In this document: in pieces, positions 53,094-64,000 of the stretch
How positions within the stretch are numbered: position 1 is the first letter of the stretch
How the letters are laid out: each line of letters opens with the position of its first letter
Source of the DNA: Paramecium tetraurelia
Taxonomy: Eukaryota
Direction: 5' to 3'
Assembly: GCA_000165425.1 (NCBI GenBank)
Contig: CT868041.1
Coordinates: 248,001 to 312,000 of the forward strand
DNA: 64,000 bases
The notes under the pieces: model-generated
What the model was told of the DNA's origin: nothing
The model's database searches: none
Seen by the model: the letters and a program-made list of their open reading frames with translations, nothing else
Position numbers and translations under genes: made by a program

Positions 53094-55753
53094 TCAAAGC
53101 ATTTTCCAACTATTTTTGCCTTAAAAAGTTGTTGATACATTTTATAATGAATTAGAGGAATCTTAATCTTTTGTTATTCCAGGAGATGAATTCCTAAATT
53201 TTTATCTTACATTTGTATTTGTGGGATTACTTGGTTTATTTTTTGTTTCATCTATATAAATTAGTAAGAGTTTTACTTTTAATTGCAGGGGAAAAAGTTC
53301 TAGTATTTACAGTAGATGGTTTCTAGACCAAAGTAAAACTTGTAGAAGAAACATTGTCTTTAGCTTTCCTAATAATTAAATTATAAACATACACTTATTT
53401 TTACGATTATGTTTTCTCAGTCAATTCTTATAAAACTCTTATTGGTTAATTTTTAACAAACTAAGCTTGACTTTTTGTTAAATTTTAAGGGGATATGAGT
53501 TTTTTAAATTGATTTAAGTCTGTAACTACTCCTTTGGTTGATTATTTTTAATCAGCTTCAATTGCTGAATTACTATTGTTATTAAAACTACTATTATTTT
53601 AAACTTAATTGGCACTTTAATTTAAGTATTTATCCTAAAATGAATTATTGGGCTTTTATTAATTTCTTAAAGTTGATGCAGCCTATCTCCTACATTAAAC
53701 ATTTCTTAAATAAATCTAAGAACTTGATTAAGGCAAAGGAGGGCCTTATTAAGTAACCTTTTTGACAGCTTCTTTTTAAAATGGTGACAAACTTTCCTTT
53801 TTTAGTTAATTAACTCCTCTGGACCCATCGTTAACTTCAGCACTATTAGGCCTATTTTTAAAGTCTAAATTATCTTATTTTTTTGTTAAGGAAGTACTCC
53901 TTTCCTAAACTTTAACTAAATTCAAACCAGTAGGATTAGCAACAACTGAAACTTCATTAACTTATGCATTTTATTTTTAAATACATGACTGGGATTATGA
54001 TTATTTTATTTAATTCTTTTATTGTAATTATTAAAACTTCTAATAACTAGATTATAATTAGGATATCGATTAGGTGAGTGTTTTTTATATTTCAGAATGT
54101 TTTGTAGAATTCATTTACTAAATCAATGTAGGACTAATTAGTTACTCTAATTTATTTTTTTGTTGAGCAGTATTATTTTATGCTATCAATAGTTATTATT
54201 GTTATTATTATTACGTTACATTAGATTAAGTTGTTAACTATGTTGTTTATGATTATAATGATTATTTATCCATATTTGATATTGTTTCCTATTATTTATT
54301 AAAATAGTTAAGTGATTGTTATACTTAATTTTTGAATTCTTAAAAGTTTGTTAAGATAGAAGGTTGATTGTCCTTCTATTTAACTGAGCTTGGACGATTA
54401 TTTTTATTGGCCTCTGTTTAGTTTCTTTTATCTTCAGTCTGTTATAATGAATTACTTCTAATTCCACTAGAAGGATTTGCTTAGACTTATAATTGTAGTA
54501 AGTTAGTTGCAATTTAAGGAATGGATTAAATGTTTTGATTTTCAGTTTACGGTTTAATTAAGTTATTTATTAAAGTATTTTTCTTAACAGCTTATTCTTA
54601 TTATTATTATTATTATTATGGGGTTCTAGTTTTCATTGCGCAATGCATTAATAAATTTTAGAAGGAAGGATTATTTGTTAGATTTGCTGAAGTTATATTT
54701 GAATTCAATTAAAGATCACTTTGATCTTATTATTAAGATTTACTGCTAGCTGATCTTACTTGAGGTGCATTTTGAGAACTCTTAGGGAAGTTTGACTAAA
54801 TTTAAGGTTGTTTTGGAGGTTATACCAGAGATTAACTCTTTTAAGCTCCCTAATTAAAGATTAAAGTTTACTTTTAAAATTGAAGGCGTTGTTGGATCTG
54901 CTTTTAAATTAATTTCAGAAACAGGAACAAAATCAGGGGAGCCAGAGTATACAATTGTAGCTAAGGAAATATTTTCTTTGTTTGCTTAATCTTTCCATTT
55001 GAGTTTCTGGTTTGTAACTTTTCCTAATACTCCCTTACAAAATTGAAATGAATTCTTACTTATTTCGCTTACAAATTTGTATATATTTCATCTACAGGTC
55101 CGTTGTGCGAATTTAAGAATGTGTTTCTTATGATTAATTCATCCTGCACTTGGGAAGGGTTCTGTTCATCAGAAGTTAACTCATTCCATGAGGCTGTTCT
55201 TTTTGGTCCTTATTTGGTCATTCTATTTTCTAATGCATTCAACTAATAAAAGAATGATGCCCTGATTTCAAGATCTGGCCTCCTTGAATTTAAATATTCA
55301 AGAGTTTTATACAGCGTCCATGAATATCTATTAAATTTAAATATTTTAACGAACTTTTTCATAAAATATGCAGCGAGCACACAACAAGCTCTACTCTGCC
55401 CTCTAACCGAATGGACTAAACAACTCTCTCCCTGTTGAAAGCATTCTTCTATGAATGTAAATATTTTATTAACATTTTCATTTCTTTCATCAAATAACAC
55501 CTAGATATATCACATTTAATGATTACTTCATTATCTTACTCCAACCAATTAAATGTTAAATACTTAGCACCCATTAAGGTCCATTTATTTTGTACTTCTG
55601 TTCCTGCACAATTTATTATATGAGTGACTTTATTTGTCATAATGAATTCTCGATCCTTTATTGAATCAAATACCAAACCTAAGATGCATATTCATCTCCA
55701 ATAAACAATCCATCCTTTATTTTAATAGCTCCAACTATTTGGTTCTAAGTCAT
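53094..55753 (-). CDS. Dual-specificity phosphatase-family protein with Cys->Ser active site and long low-complexity tail
   Basis: IKIKDGLFIGD, VTHIINCAG, CLVHSVRGQSRACCVLAAYFMK, EYLNSRRP. The C-terminal region is S/Q/N/P-rich. Confidence 0.88.
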
Positions 55754-56069
55754 ATTAAATAATTTAAGTGAATATTATTAAAGTTAACTCTTCTTTGGAG
55801 ATCAATAAAATTTATTTTAACATTTCATTTTATTCAATTTCTAAAAATTTAAAAGAAGTGAAGATATTTATTGTCTTATTTTCATAATTCTCCTTCTCAG
55901 AAATACCCTCAATAATAGAGAATTAACAACTCATGAAGAAATAATAATGAGTTCTATTTTTTATATAGAATTTAGCACATAATTCAACACCACAAGAAAA
56001 TTCACAAATATAAAAAGATGTTCTCATACTATTATATATTTTTAATTACAATTTTATAAATATTTAAGA

Positions 56070-56969
56070 ATGCTTAACAAAACTAGCTCATTTGATTAGT
56101 TATCATTTAATTTTGGAGTAACTCAAGAAAATAAAACTTATGTTGTAGGAATTAAGATGAAGGATAATGAATCTGAATGGTTATAAGGAAATGAATGTAT
56201 AGTATGCGATTTAAATTTTTCTAAGAGTGGAAAACCACATCATTGGTATTTTATTGTGAAATTTTTAAAGTAGAGTCTGCGGCAACTCAGTTTGCAAAAA
56301 CTGCTCTTACAAAATGGTCAATGATAAGAGATCGTGTGATCTGTGTTTTAAGAGAATTTAGTTGGTTGATTAAGAAAAACTTAAGAAATAGTAAATTAAA
56401 TCAAAGAAAGAATCAATTAAAGAATTAAAGAACTAAATCTAAAAACAATAAGAAAAGAATGACTAAATGAAAAATTAGTTAATTGAACTATAAAAGTAAT
56501 TTGAAAGACAAGAACGTGAACATGCACAACAAGAAAAGCCTCTGGAGGATTAATTTGATTAGAAAATCAATATGATCAGATAACAGATAGAGAATAACAA
56601 TAGATTAGATGAAAATATTAAAGGGGAGAGAATTCAATTAGAAGAAATCGAAAGAGAGATTATTGATTTACATAATAATATATAAAAGAAAGGATTTGAT
56701 ATAAAATTTGCAAATGAAAGAAAAAAAGAATTTCATGAAAATCTTCAAAAACATGAGAAGCACTTAAAGGATTTATAATAAAGTGTAAGTATCAATTAAT
56801 ATATAATTAGTTAGAACAAAAGTAGTAAGAATATACTGAAATAGAAAACAGAAGAACTGCATAGAAGTAAATAATATCTGAGGAGAATGAGAAGAATGAG
56901 AAGAATGAGAAGAAGAGTAGCGATTTAAATAAGGAATAAAAACATAAAGAAAATTGTATTATATATTGA
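56070..56969 (+). CDS. FYVE-type zinc-finger coiled-coil protein with C-terminal CaaX-like motif
   Basis: WLQGNECIVCDLNFSKSGKPHHCRVCGNSVCKNCS..RSCDLCF, then a coiled coil, ending KENCIIY-TGA. Confidence 0.82.
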
Positions 56970-57290
56970 TTAAAATACAAATTAATAAAATTACGATTGT
57001 CTATAAATTCACAAAAAGACATATAAAATTAAAGAATAAACCCAATTTTGCTAATTCTTTTTTATTACAATCAGCTATTTTAAAAGAATTGTAAAATCTA
57101 AAAGGAATTTTTATATCAAAATTATATCAACTGAAAATAAATTATAAAAACGATGTACAATATATGAGCTTTTGATTATTAAATATGAGTAGAAAATTAT
57201 GAATTGGAATTAGAGACCAAGTATGTGATTTGTGGATTATCAATTGAGTTTGTTAAATAATTAAATTTTTAAAATCAGTTATAATTAATA

Positions 57291-58478
57291 ATGAATTCAA
57301 ACTAAACAGAAATACAAGAATAATAGGTTGTTGAAAATACAGAAAACATTGATACTACCAATACAGAATAACTACTTGATTTCACCAATATGTTTAAAAC
57401 TCAAAAAGTAGCAAAACCTAAATTGCTAAATAGATAATAATCATAATAATAATAACAATAATAATAATAACAATAGCAATAATAATAATAATAATAATAG
57501 TCAACTTAAACTGCAGAAGAGCAAAATAATAAATCCATAAAAAATACAGTGCCAAGGAATCTTACTATTACTTAAGAAAAAATGAGTTAACGAAGATGTT
57601 TAGATGTGCGTAGATGGTATAGTTTGAGCAGACCATAATACTAAAGAAGTTGTGGAATTTCTTCAGTTGTGACTTGCTGGAATTATTTATTTTCTACATT
57701 AGGTGTAGGAAATTTAAATCCACTTTCCTAAGAAGAAGTAATTGTTTCATTGGGGTAATAATATAACTATTTTAGTTTAACTGCAGAAGTAGGACCTCAT
57801 TTTAATGATGTAGAATTCGGATCTTTTAGTGGAAACATGTCCTTAATATCTTGGTTTAAGAATTTATGCAGGTTGCACAAAGTGCAAGGAAGAGCCTATT
57901 TTTTATGGAAGAATGAAGGAGATTTTGCTACTCCTGGTGTTGATAGAGATGTTGCACTCTAAAAGTTAACAGCTGGATTGAAAACTGATAAAATTTCCTT
58001 TATTTATCACGCTTATGATCATTATTTCTGTCCTATTGGATTTGAATGCACTCCAAATAAATAAGTAGAGGCTTTTGTCGATGAAATTGATTATGATGAT
58101 TGTCAATATTGGATTATTATTGCAGAACCAGCAAAACCTTATCCTATGTTTACCGTTAGAAAGTGGGTTGATATTGCTTAAGATTTAGAATTAAAATATC
58201 CTCAATATATGAATATTCGAAAAATGGATGAGGGAATAAAAAACTACAAATATGACAAGGGAGTTAGTTAACATTGCATCATGGCATTTGAGAGGATAGA
58301 TCCTAAACCAAAAAAAGTGATGGAAAAAAAAGAGAAACCCGTAACAAATGAGGAGGTTTAAATTGATAAATCAAATTTACCTGATTAGAAAGTTGAGATT
58401 CCTGAATTAACACATGTAAAAGCAGAAATTCCAGAATAACCTATTGACGATCAATTGAAATAAAATGATCAATCATGA
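57291..58478 (+). CDS. BIVM: BIVM (basic immunoglobulin-like variable motif) homolog
   Basis: [59 protein letters not shown] and [19 protein letters not shown] match the BIVM core as I recall it. Confidence 0.88.
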
Positions 58479-58704
58479 AAAGGAGAAATTCTTTGATAAT
58501 TCATATTTTATGTAACAATTAAATTACAATATCTTTTGGTTCAATTTATTAATGAATATTATACAATTTGAAATCTTTATTATCAATATTTCTTTCAAAA
58601 TTAATATTTAAGATTTAAATCAATTATCAATAATAATCTAAATAAATTCTGATAGAAAATACTATATAAATTAGTTAATTGTTTAAACATGTAATACTAA
58701 TTAA

Positions 58705-60182
58705 TCAATCAGAAAATGAACTGCTATCAGATTCTTCAAATCTTGTTTATTTTTTTTATTAATTTGAATCTTAGATTCTTACTTTCAAACAGTTTTATTT
58801 TTTCATTTAAACTAATTGATTGATTCTCGCATCTAAATCATCATGTTATTAAACAAGAATCTTATTTTTGCCTTTTAAATCTCTAATTTATTTCTACAGT
58901 TAATCAATCATATCAAGATATTATCCTTATTCCTTTTTATGATTCTATAATTATGATTTTAATAAGGTGTTCTCGTCTCTTAATTTAATCAACTCTTTGC
59001 TAATTTTCTCAATTTTAGTCTCTAAATTATCCATATCCTTATGTTAAGCATCTGTTAATTATTATTACTATTTTGTTAGTTTATCTAATTGGGATTTATA
59101 TTTCTCTGATTCTTCTTTTAAAAATGTATTTGATCTTTATTCTGCATGAAATAGTCTAATTTATTCGTTTAATTCTTCTTGCAAATTTTCAATTTATAAG
59201 TTCTTATTTTTCAATTCTTCATTAATTGAAGATTACTATTATTGTTCATTAACGCATTAACTATTAAGTTCCCTAATTTGTTTACTCATTTTCTCGAATT
59301 ACAATTCATAGTCAACGATTTCTTATTCTAATCTTTTACTAGAGATTAATATGATTTATTACTTTGAATCTTCTAACTATGGTAATAATCGATTTGATTT
59401 TTCAGATAATATTCTTAATGAATCATTTTCTTAGAGTAATTATCTATTATCTTTTTTGATTCTTTCACTTTCTAAACTTAAATTTTTTAGTTTCAACTCT
59501 AATTCGCCTATTCTCTCTTTAATATCTGCACTCCTCTTTTACTATTTATCTACATCAACCATTTTCTCTTCTAACTATTATTGTAATTGTTAATCTAACT
59601 TCTTTTTTAATTTTTAAATTCGCTTTTATTATTTTGATATAGTTTCTTCTTTTGAAATTAATTTATTTTCCAGTAAACTGATTTATGTTTTCAAAGTCGC
59701 AGCCTCCTTTTATAAATAATCAATTTCTTCATTTAATTAACCACTTACTTTTTCTAATGCACTACATTCATTATATTAGAGTTTGCTTTTAGATTGCTAA
59801 TTTAGCATAGATGTTAACTTATCTATTTGTATTTGCAGTTTCTGATTATTCTATCTTTCAACATGTCTAAAACTAATGAATATTTATACGCATTTTCTTT
59901 ATAAAATTCGCACTTTCTTTCAAGTTCACTCTTCTCATTCAACCATTCTTTTTTATCTTCCTACCAATTAACCTATAAATCAATTATTTCTTCCTTCATC
60001 TAAGTTAATTGTTCATTTTTTTTCAGAATTTTGAATTACAATTTATTTGTAACATCTTTTAATATGTCCTCTTATTTGTAATTTTATGCAGCCTCCTCCT
60101 AAATTGTCTTTCTTTTATCATTTGCAGACTCTCTAGTTTTGTTTTAAGGGGTAAAATTATTTGTAGTTTATTGTTATTACAT
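58705..60182 (-). CDS. Long coiled-coil hypothetical protein
   Basis: Starts MQQQQTTNNFTPQ, E/K/Q heptads, ends ..ESDSSSFSD-TGA. Confidence 0.72.
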
Positions 60183-60289
60183 ATAAAATTGAATGTTAAC
60201 AAATAAATGAATGTATTGTTTTTACAATAAATATTTTTATGTAAAAAAACGTTACTAAAATAGTGTCTTTAAATTTCAAAAATATTCTG

Positions 60290-60478
60290 ATGAATGGCTT
60301 TGTCAACTAAAAGGCCTAAAAGCAAAAAACAGAAGAGCTATTTTTCTCAGAGTATGACAAGACATTTTTGATGTCTGATTATATTAAAAACTGTATTATA
60401 TAGAAACAACTAATTATACCAGTTGATTTTTCAAATGAATGCAGATTTGATGATTTTGCTGAAGACCACTTTGATTGA
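60290..60478 (+). CDS. Putative 62 aa small protein
   Basis: MNGFVNQKAQKQKTEELFFSEYDKTFLMSDYIKNCIIQKQLIIPVDFSNECRFDDFAEDHFD-TGA; it fills the gap between two genes. Confidence 0.45.
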
Positions 60479-60564
60479 AGAATTAAGAATGAATGATTAT
60501 TTAGAAGACTTAAACAATTATAAAATATTTTCAATATTTTTTATTATATGTTGATAATACTGTA

Positions 60565-61445
60565 TCATTAACTTGTCTTCTTAAGTTCTTCAATTTCAAA
60601 AGCCTTCTTTATTGCCTCTTATTAATGCCTTGATTTGATTCCTACTTATCCACCACCAATGGTTCTCAACAATTCATGGTTTTCGTTGTAGTGTTATCTT
60701 AAATCACGAGCCTTTAATTAATTTTATTTTATACTAAGTTATCAAATTCAGCTTGATCTTCTTTTCTTACGTCTGTCAAAGCAACACAAGTAGCTGTTTT
60801 TTAGTGAACCAAAGCTCCTAATCTAGCCTTGTCTAAACATATAGAATCCTTTATTTACTTTTAACAAAGGCGAATGGGACTTCTTGACGTCTGCACAATT
60901 GTGGGAGCCAGACTACTAATTCAATTGGATCAACATCATAAGCAATCAAAACCAATTTAGCTTTCTTAGTTTCAACCAATGTAGTAACATGATTCAATCC
61001 GAATTTGAGGACTGTCACTTTCTTGCTATCTGTCTTTTAGTTTTGGGCCTTAGATTCAGCAGCCTTGACTAATCTTTATTTCTTTTCGGTTTTAGTTTCA
61101 GGGGCATATTTCTTCAACAAAGCATAGACCTTTGAGCCTTAAATTAAAATTTACAATTTACTTTGATTCTTGTCGAGTGTTTTGCTGAATTAATGAATAG
61201 CTGCTGGCACTTTGATTCTTTGCAATAAAATCTTTTTCTATCTATGTAAAAGAATATAACGAGGCCATCTGACATATCTTGATAAATCTCTCTTTGGTTG
61301 GACATCATTTCCAATTCTGAAGTTTTTAGCATCTCTAACAAAGAGTGGATTCTTCTTTCTATCTGCTACTTTCTTTTAAACTTTCTTAGCTTTGGATGTC
61401 TTAGGAGCTTTTGGCTAAAGGAATAGTCATAATCAAATTTACCAT
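60565..61445 (-). CDS. RPL7A: 60S ribosomal protein L7a (eL8)
   Basis: [66 protein letters not shown]; an intron follows directly after the ATG. Confidence 0.96.
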
Positions 61446-62114
61446 AGTTAATGAAAATCTTTTAATATATTTTTTGAAAATAAAAGAAAAAAATAAGTAT
61501 TAAACATCAACCAATATTATTTATTCAAATTTTGAGCTCATCCAGAAACCACCAGACATAGTTATTTAAATCTATTCGTTGTAATAAACATTATAGTAAT
61601 TTGAAGAATTAAGAATATATATGAATGATACCAAATTTATAAGTAAAATTATACTCATTCATATTTACTTAAAATGTGATTTTATTTTCAACATCTTTGA
61701 CATTGTTGAATTTATATTCACTTATTTTCCTGTTTATTTAGAATCTTTAATAAATTATACTGATTATTCTTTAGAATTAATTTATTTGTCCTTGAGTAGA
61801 AAAGTCAAATAATATAATTTTCAATAATCATCAATTCATTTTTGATTTCTTTTTGAAAATCATTTAAATTTGGTTGAAGCTTCTGCTCAACTTAAATCAC
61901 AAATGAATCTAAATTTTAAATTTATTACTTTTGTTTTGTTTTATATTCTAAATTAAAGCTAGTATTTGTGTACTTGTTTAATCTAAATTTCTTATTGCAA
62001 AAGCACAGTATTTTATAATGTTACCCAAATAAAGATATTTAGATATAGTAATATTACCTGATTTTGGACTATCAAAAATTACTATTTTTCATAAATAATA
62101 TTATTAGATAATAC

Positions 62115-63195
62115 TCAATCAAATAGCTTTCTCGAACAAGGCTCAAAACATTTTTCAACCTCTTCCACATTCACTTCTTCAATAGTCCTAGGATTAAATT
62201 TAGGCACATAGGACCTATCAACAAATAAGCTCTTTAAGCCTTCAACAAGATCAGGTCTTACAACAACTTTATCCAAAATCGATTATTCCATTTTTAGATT
62301 ATCTTTAAGAGACAAGTTTAAATTTTTATTTCTCAAAAATGATTCATAGAAACCATAAACACTAAAAGCACTATTTTTTCTAATTAGAGCTGCTTATTGT
62401 GGGAATTGTGCATCCATAGCAGACATAATGGAAGGCAAAGATGACAAACTCAATACATTTCCAAATTATTTAGGAACATTGAATTCAGTCTTATGTTTCT
62501 TACAATACTTTTTAAGCAAGAACTCATTAATAGATTCTTTATCTCTCAATAAATGTGCATGTTCAAATTCCTTTTCAATTTCAGGTATGCATGAACTTTC
62601 AATAAGATAGTCTGCAATACCTAAATGAGCCATTTTTATGCCATCAATTTATTCTCCACTCATACCTAAATATAAACCAAAGTTTTCTGGCATTTTACTA
62701 AAATACAAACCACAACCTCCATCAGGTACTATACCAACTTTGCACTCTGGCATAGAAAAAATAGTATTCTCTGTTGCAATTCTGAAATGAGAATGAATCC
62801 CAAAGCCAGCACCTATCCCCATAGCAAATCCATTCATAATTGTTACCAAAATACTCTTAGTAGAACTCATAGCATAAACTGCTTTTTTAGCTTCATCTCC
62901 TAAATGACCAACTTTAGAAGTGCTAGGTTCATCATTTTTTCGTTGCGATATATTAAAGACATGTCTAATAATGTTTACTATAATACTTTAGATCTCCCCC
63001 AACAGAAAATGCTCTCCCATTCCCTTATAAAATAGTTACCACAGCATGTTCATTCCAAAGCTTGGTACTTTCAAGAATATCTTCACACATTTCAAGATGC
63101 ACAGCATTAAGCTTCTCGGGTCTATTAAAATGAGCAATTGCCAATCCATCTTTAATTTTACTTATTAGACCATTATTTTTGGCTATATGTCTCAT
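62115..63195 (-). CDS. HIBCH: 3-hydroxyisobutyryl-CoA hydrolase-like (crotonase superfamily)
   Basis: FNRPEKLNA, GNGRAFSVGGDL, IMNGFAMGIGAGFGIHSHFRIATENTIFSMPECKVGIVPDGG, DLVEGLKSLFVDR. Confidence 0.88.
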
Positions 63196-64000
63196 TTATA
63201 TAATAATAATTCTTTAGTCTGAAAATAAATAATATTAAATTATGAACTTGAATATATAACTCTCTATCAAGAGACAAAGGATATTGAAATGAATATATTA
63301 AGTTTGTTTCAAAGATAAAATTGTCTCGTATAAATTTATTACTATATTGATGCTTTTATTAGATCAATCAGAGGTCATATAATTTCAATTATGACAAAAT
63401 TATAAAATACATCTTTGAGATGAGATTGCTATAAAATAAGGAAAAATATAGTATGTTTTTGAGAATTGTGAAGTAAATTGATTAATTGCAAATGATTTAA
63501 TTTTCGTAATAGAAATATGAATCTCGCTAGATCTGAAAATAAAAGTTATAGTATTCTTTATAAAGAATTAGCTTTCAAGCACGATATGCCCAAACGTATT
63601 CAACGACTATTTGAACATAAACTGAAAAGTTTAATAAAAAATTTCTTTCCAGTTTATGTTCAAATTCAAACTTTAAGTCTTTATATTAATCTATTAATTA
63701 CTCTAGATCTGCTTAAAATAGAAAAAACTCATAAAAAATTTGAAAATACCTCTGAACAAAAGTAAAAAAATTTTAAGGAATTCATGAATATAATTATTTA
63801 AAACTCCTAATGAAAAAACCTTTAATGCTTGATATTCTTTATATGCTTATTTATATTCAAATTAAATTGGAAGCCTCCGTTGATTGCTAATCCAAATCAT
63901 CTACGAATATCACTTTTTTGCTATTTTTCTATTATTTTTCAACCTTCACTCCCGATACTTTTATAATCTAAGCATTTTTTATTGTGTTTTCATAAGTTTA

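Noticed and set aside
63517..63813. Plus-strand ORF MNLARSENK.. extended in code 6
   Set aside because: It has no recognisable motif and upstream frames contain TGA; I cannot distinguish it from a decayed gene or a chance ORF.
1..64000. CRISPR arrays, transposase/integrase ORFs, rRNA/tRNA genes, telomeric repeats
   Set aside because: None seen by eye. The window is eukaryotic ciliate DNA; tRNAscan-SE would be needed to fully exclude tRNAs.

Overview
This is an AT-rich, gene-dense segment of a ciliate somatic (macronuclear) genome, almost certainly Paramecium. It uses genetic code 6 (TAA/TAG = Gln, TGA the only stop) and has 20-30 nt GT..AG micro-introns, so the supplied standard-code ORF track is fragmentary and many of its ORFs are shadows. 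Manual re-translation gives about 30 genes. Recognisable ones are a BEACH/WD40 protein, a ~2700 aa secreted Cys-rich repeat protein, PI4-kinase, a secreted acidic protein with a beta/gamma-crystallin domain, two cyclins, QTRT2-like, a USP, RBM39-like, DNAJA, a fatty acyl-CoA reductase/DHAP acyltransferase fusion (FARAT), NDUFS6, MYCBP, a two-TM ciliate family protein, katanin p80, a Cys->Ser pseudophosphatase, a FYVE/CaaX protein, BIVM, RPL7A and HIBCH. Several hypothetical proteins and decayed gene relics are also present. The most unexpected structure is a ~360 bp non-genic element present twice in inverted orientation (27603-27960 and 44303-44660, 3 mismatches by eye), each copy between head-to-head genes. 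Coordinates were derived by hand, so starts and intron boundaries may be slightly off.
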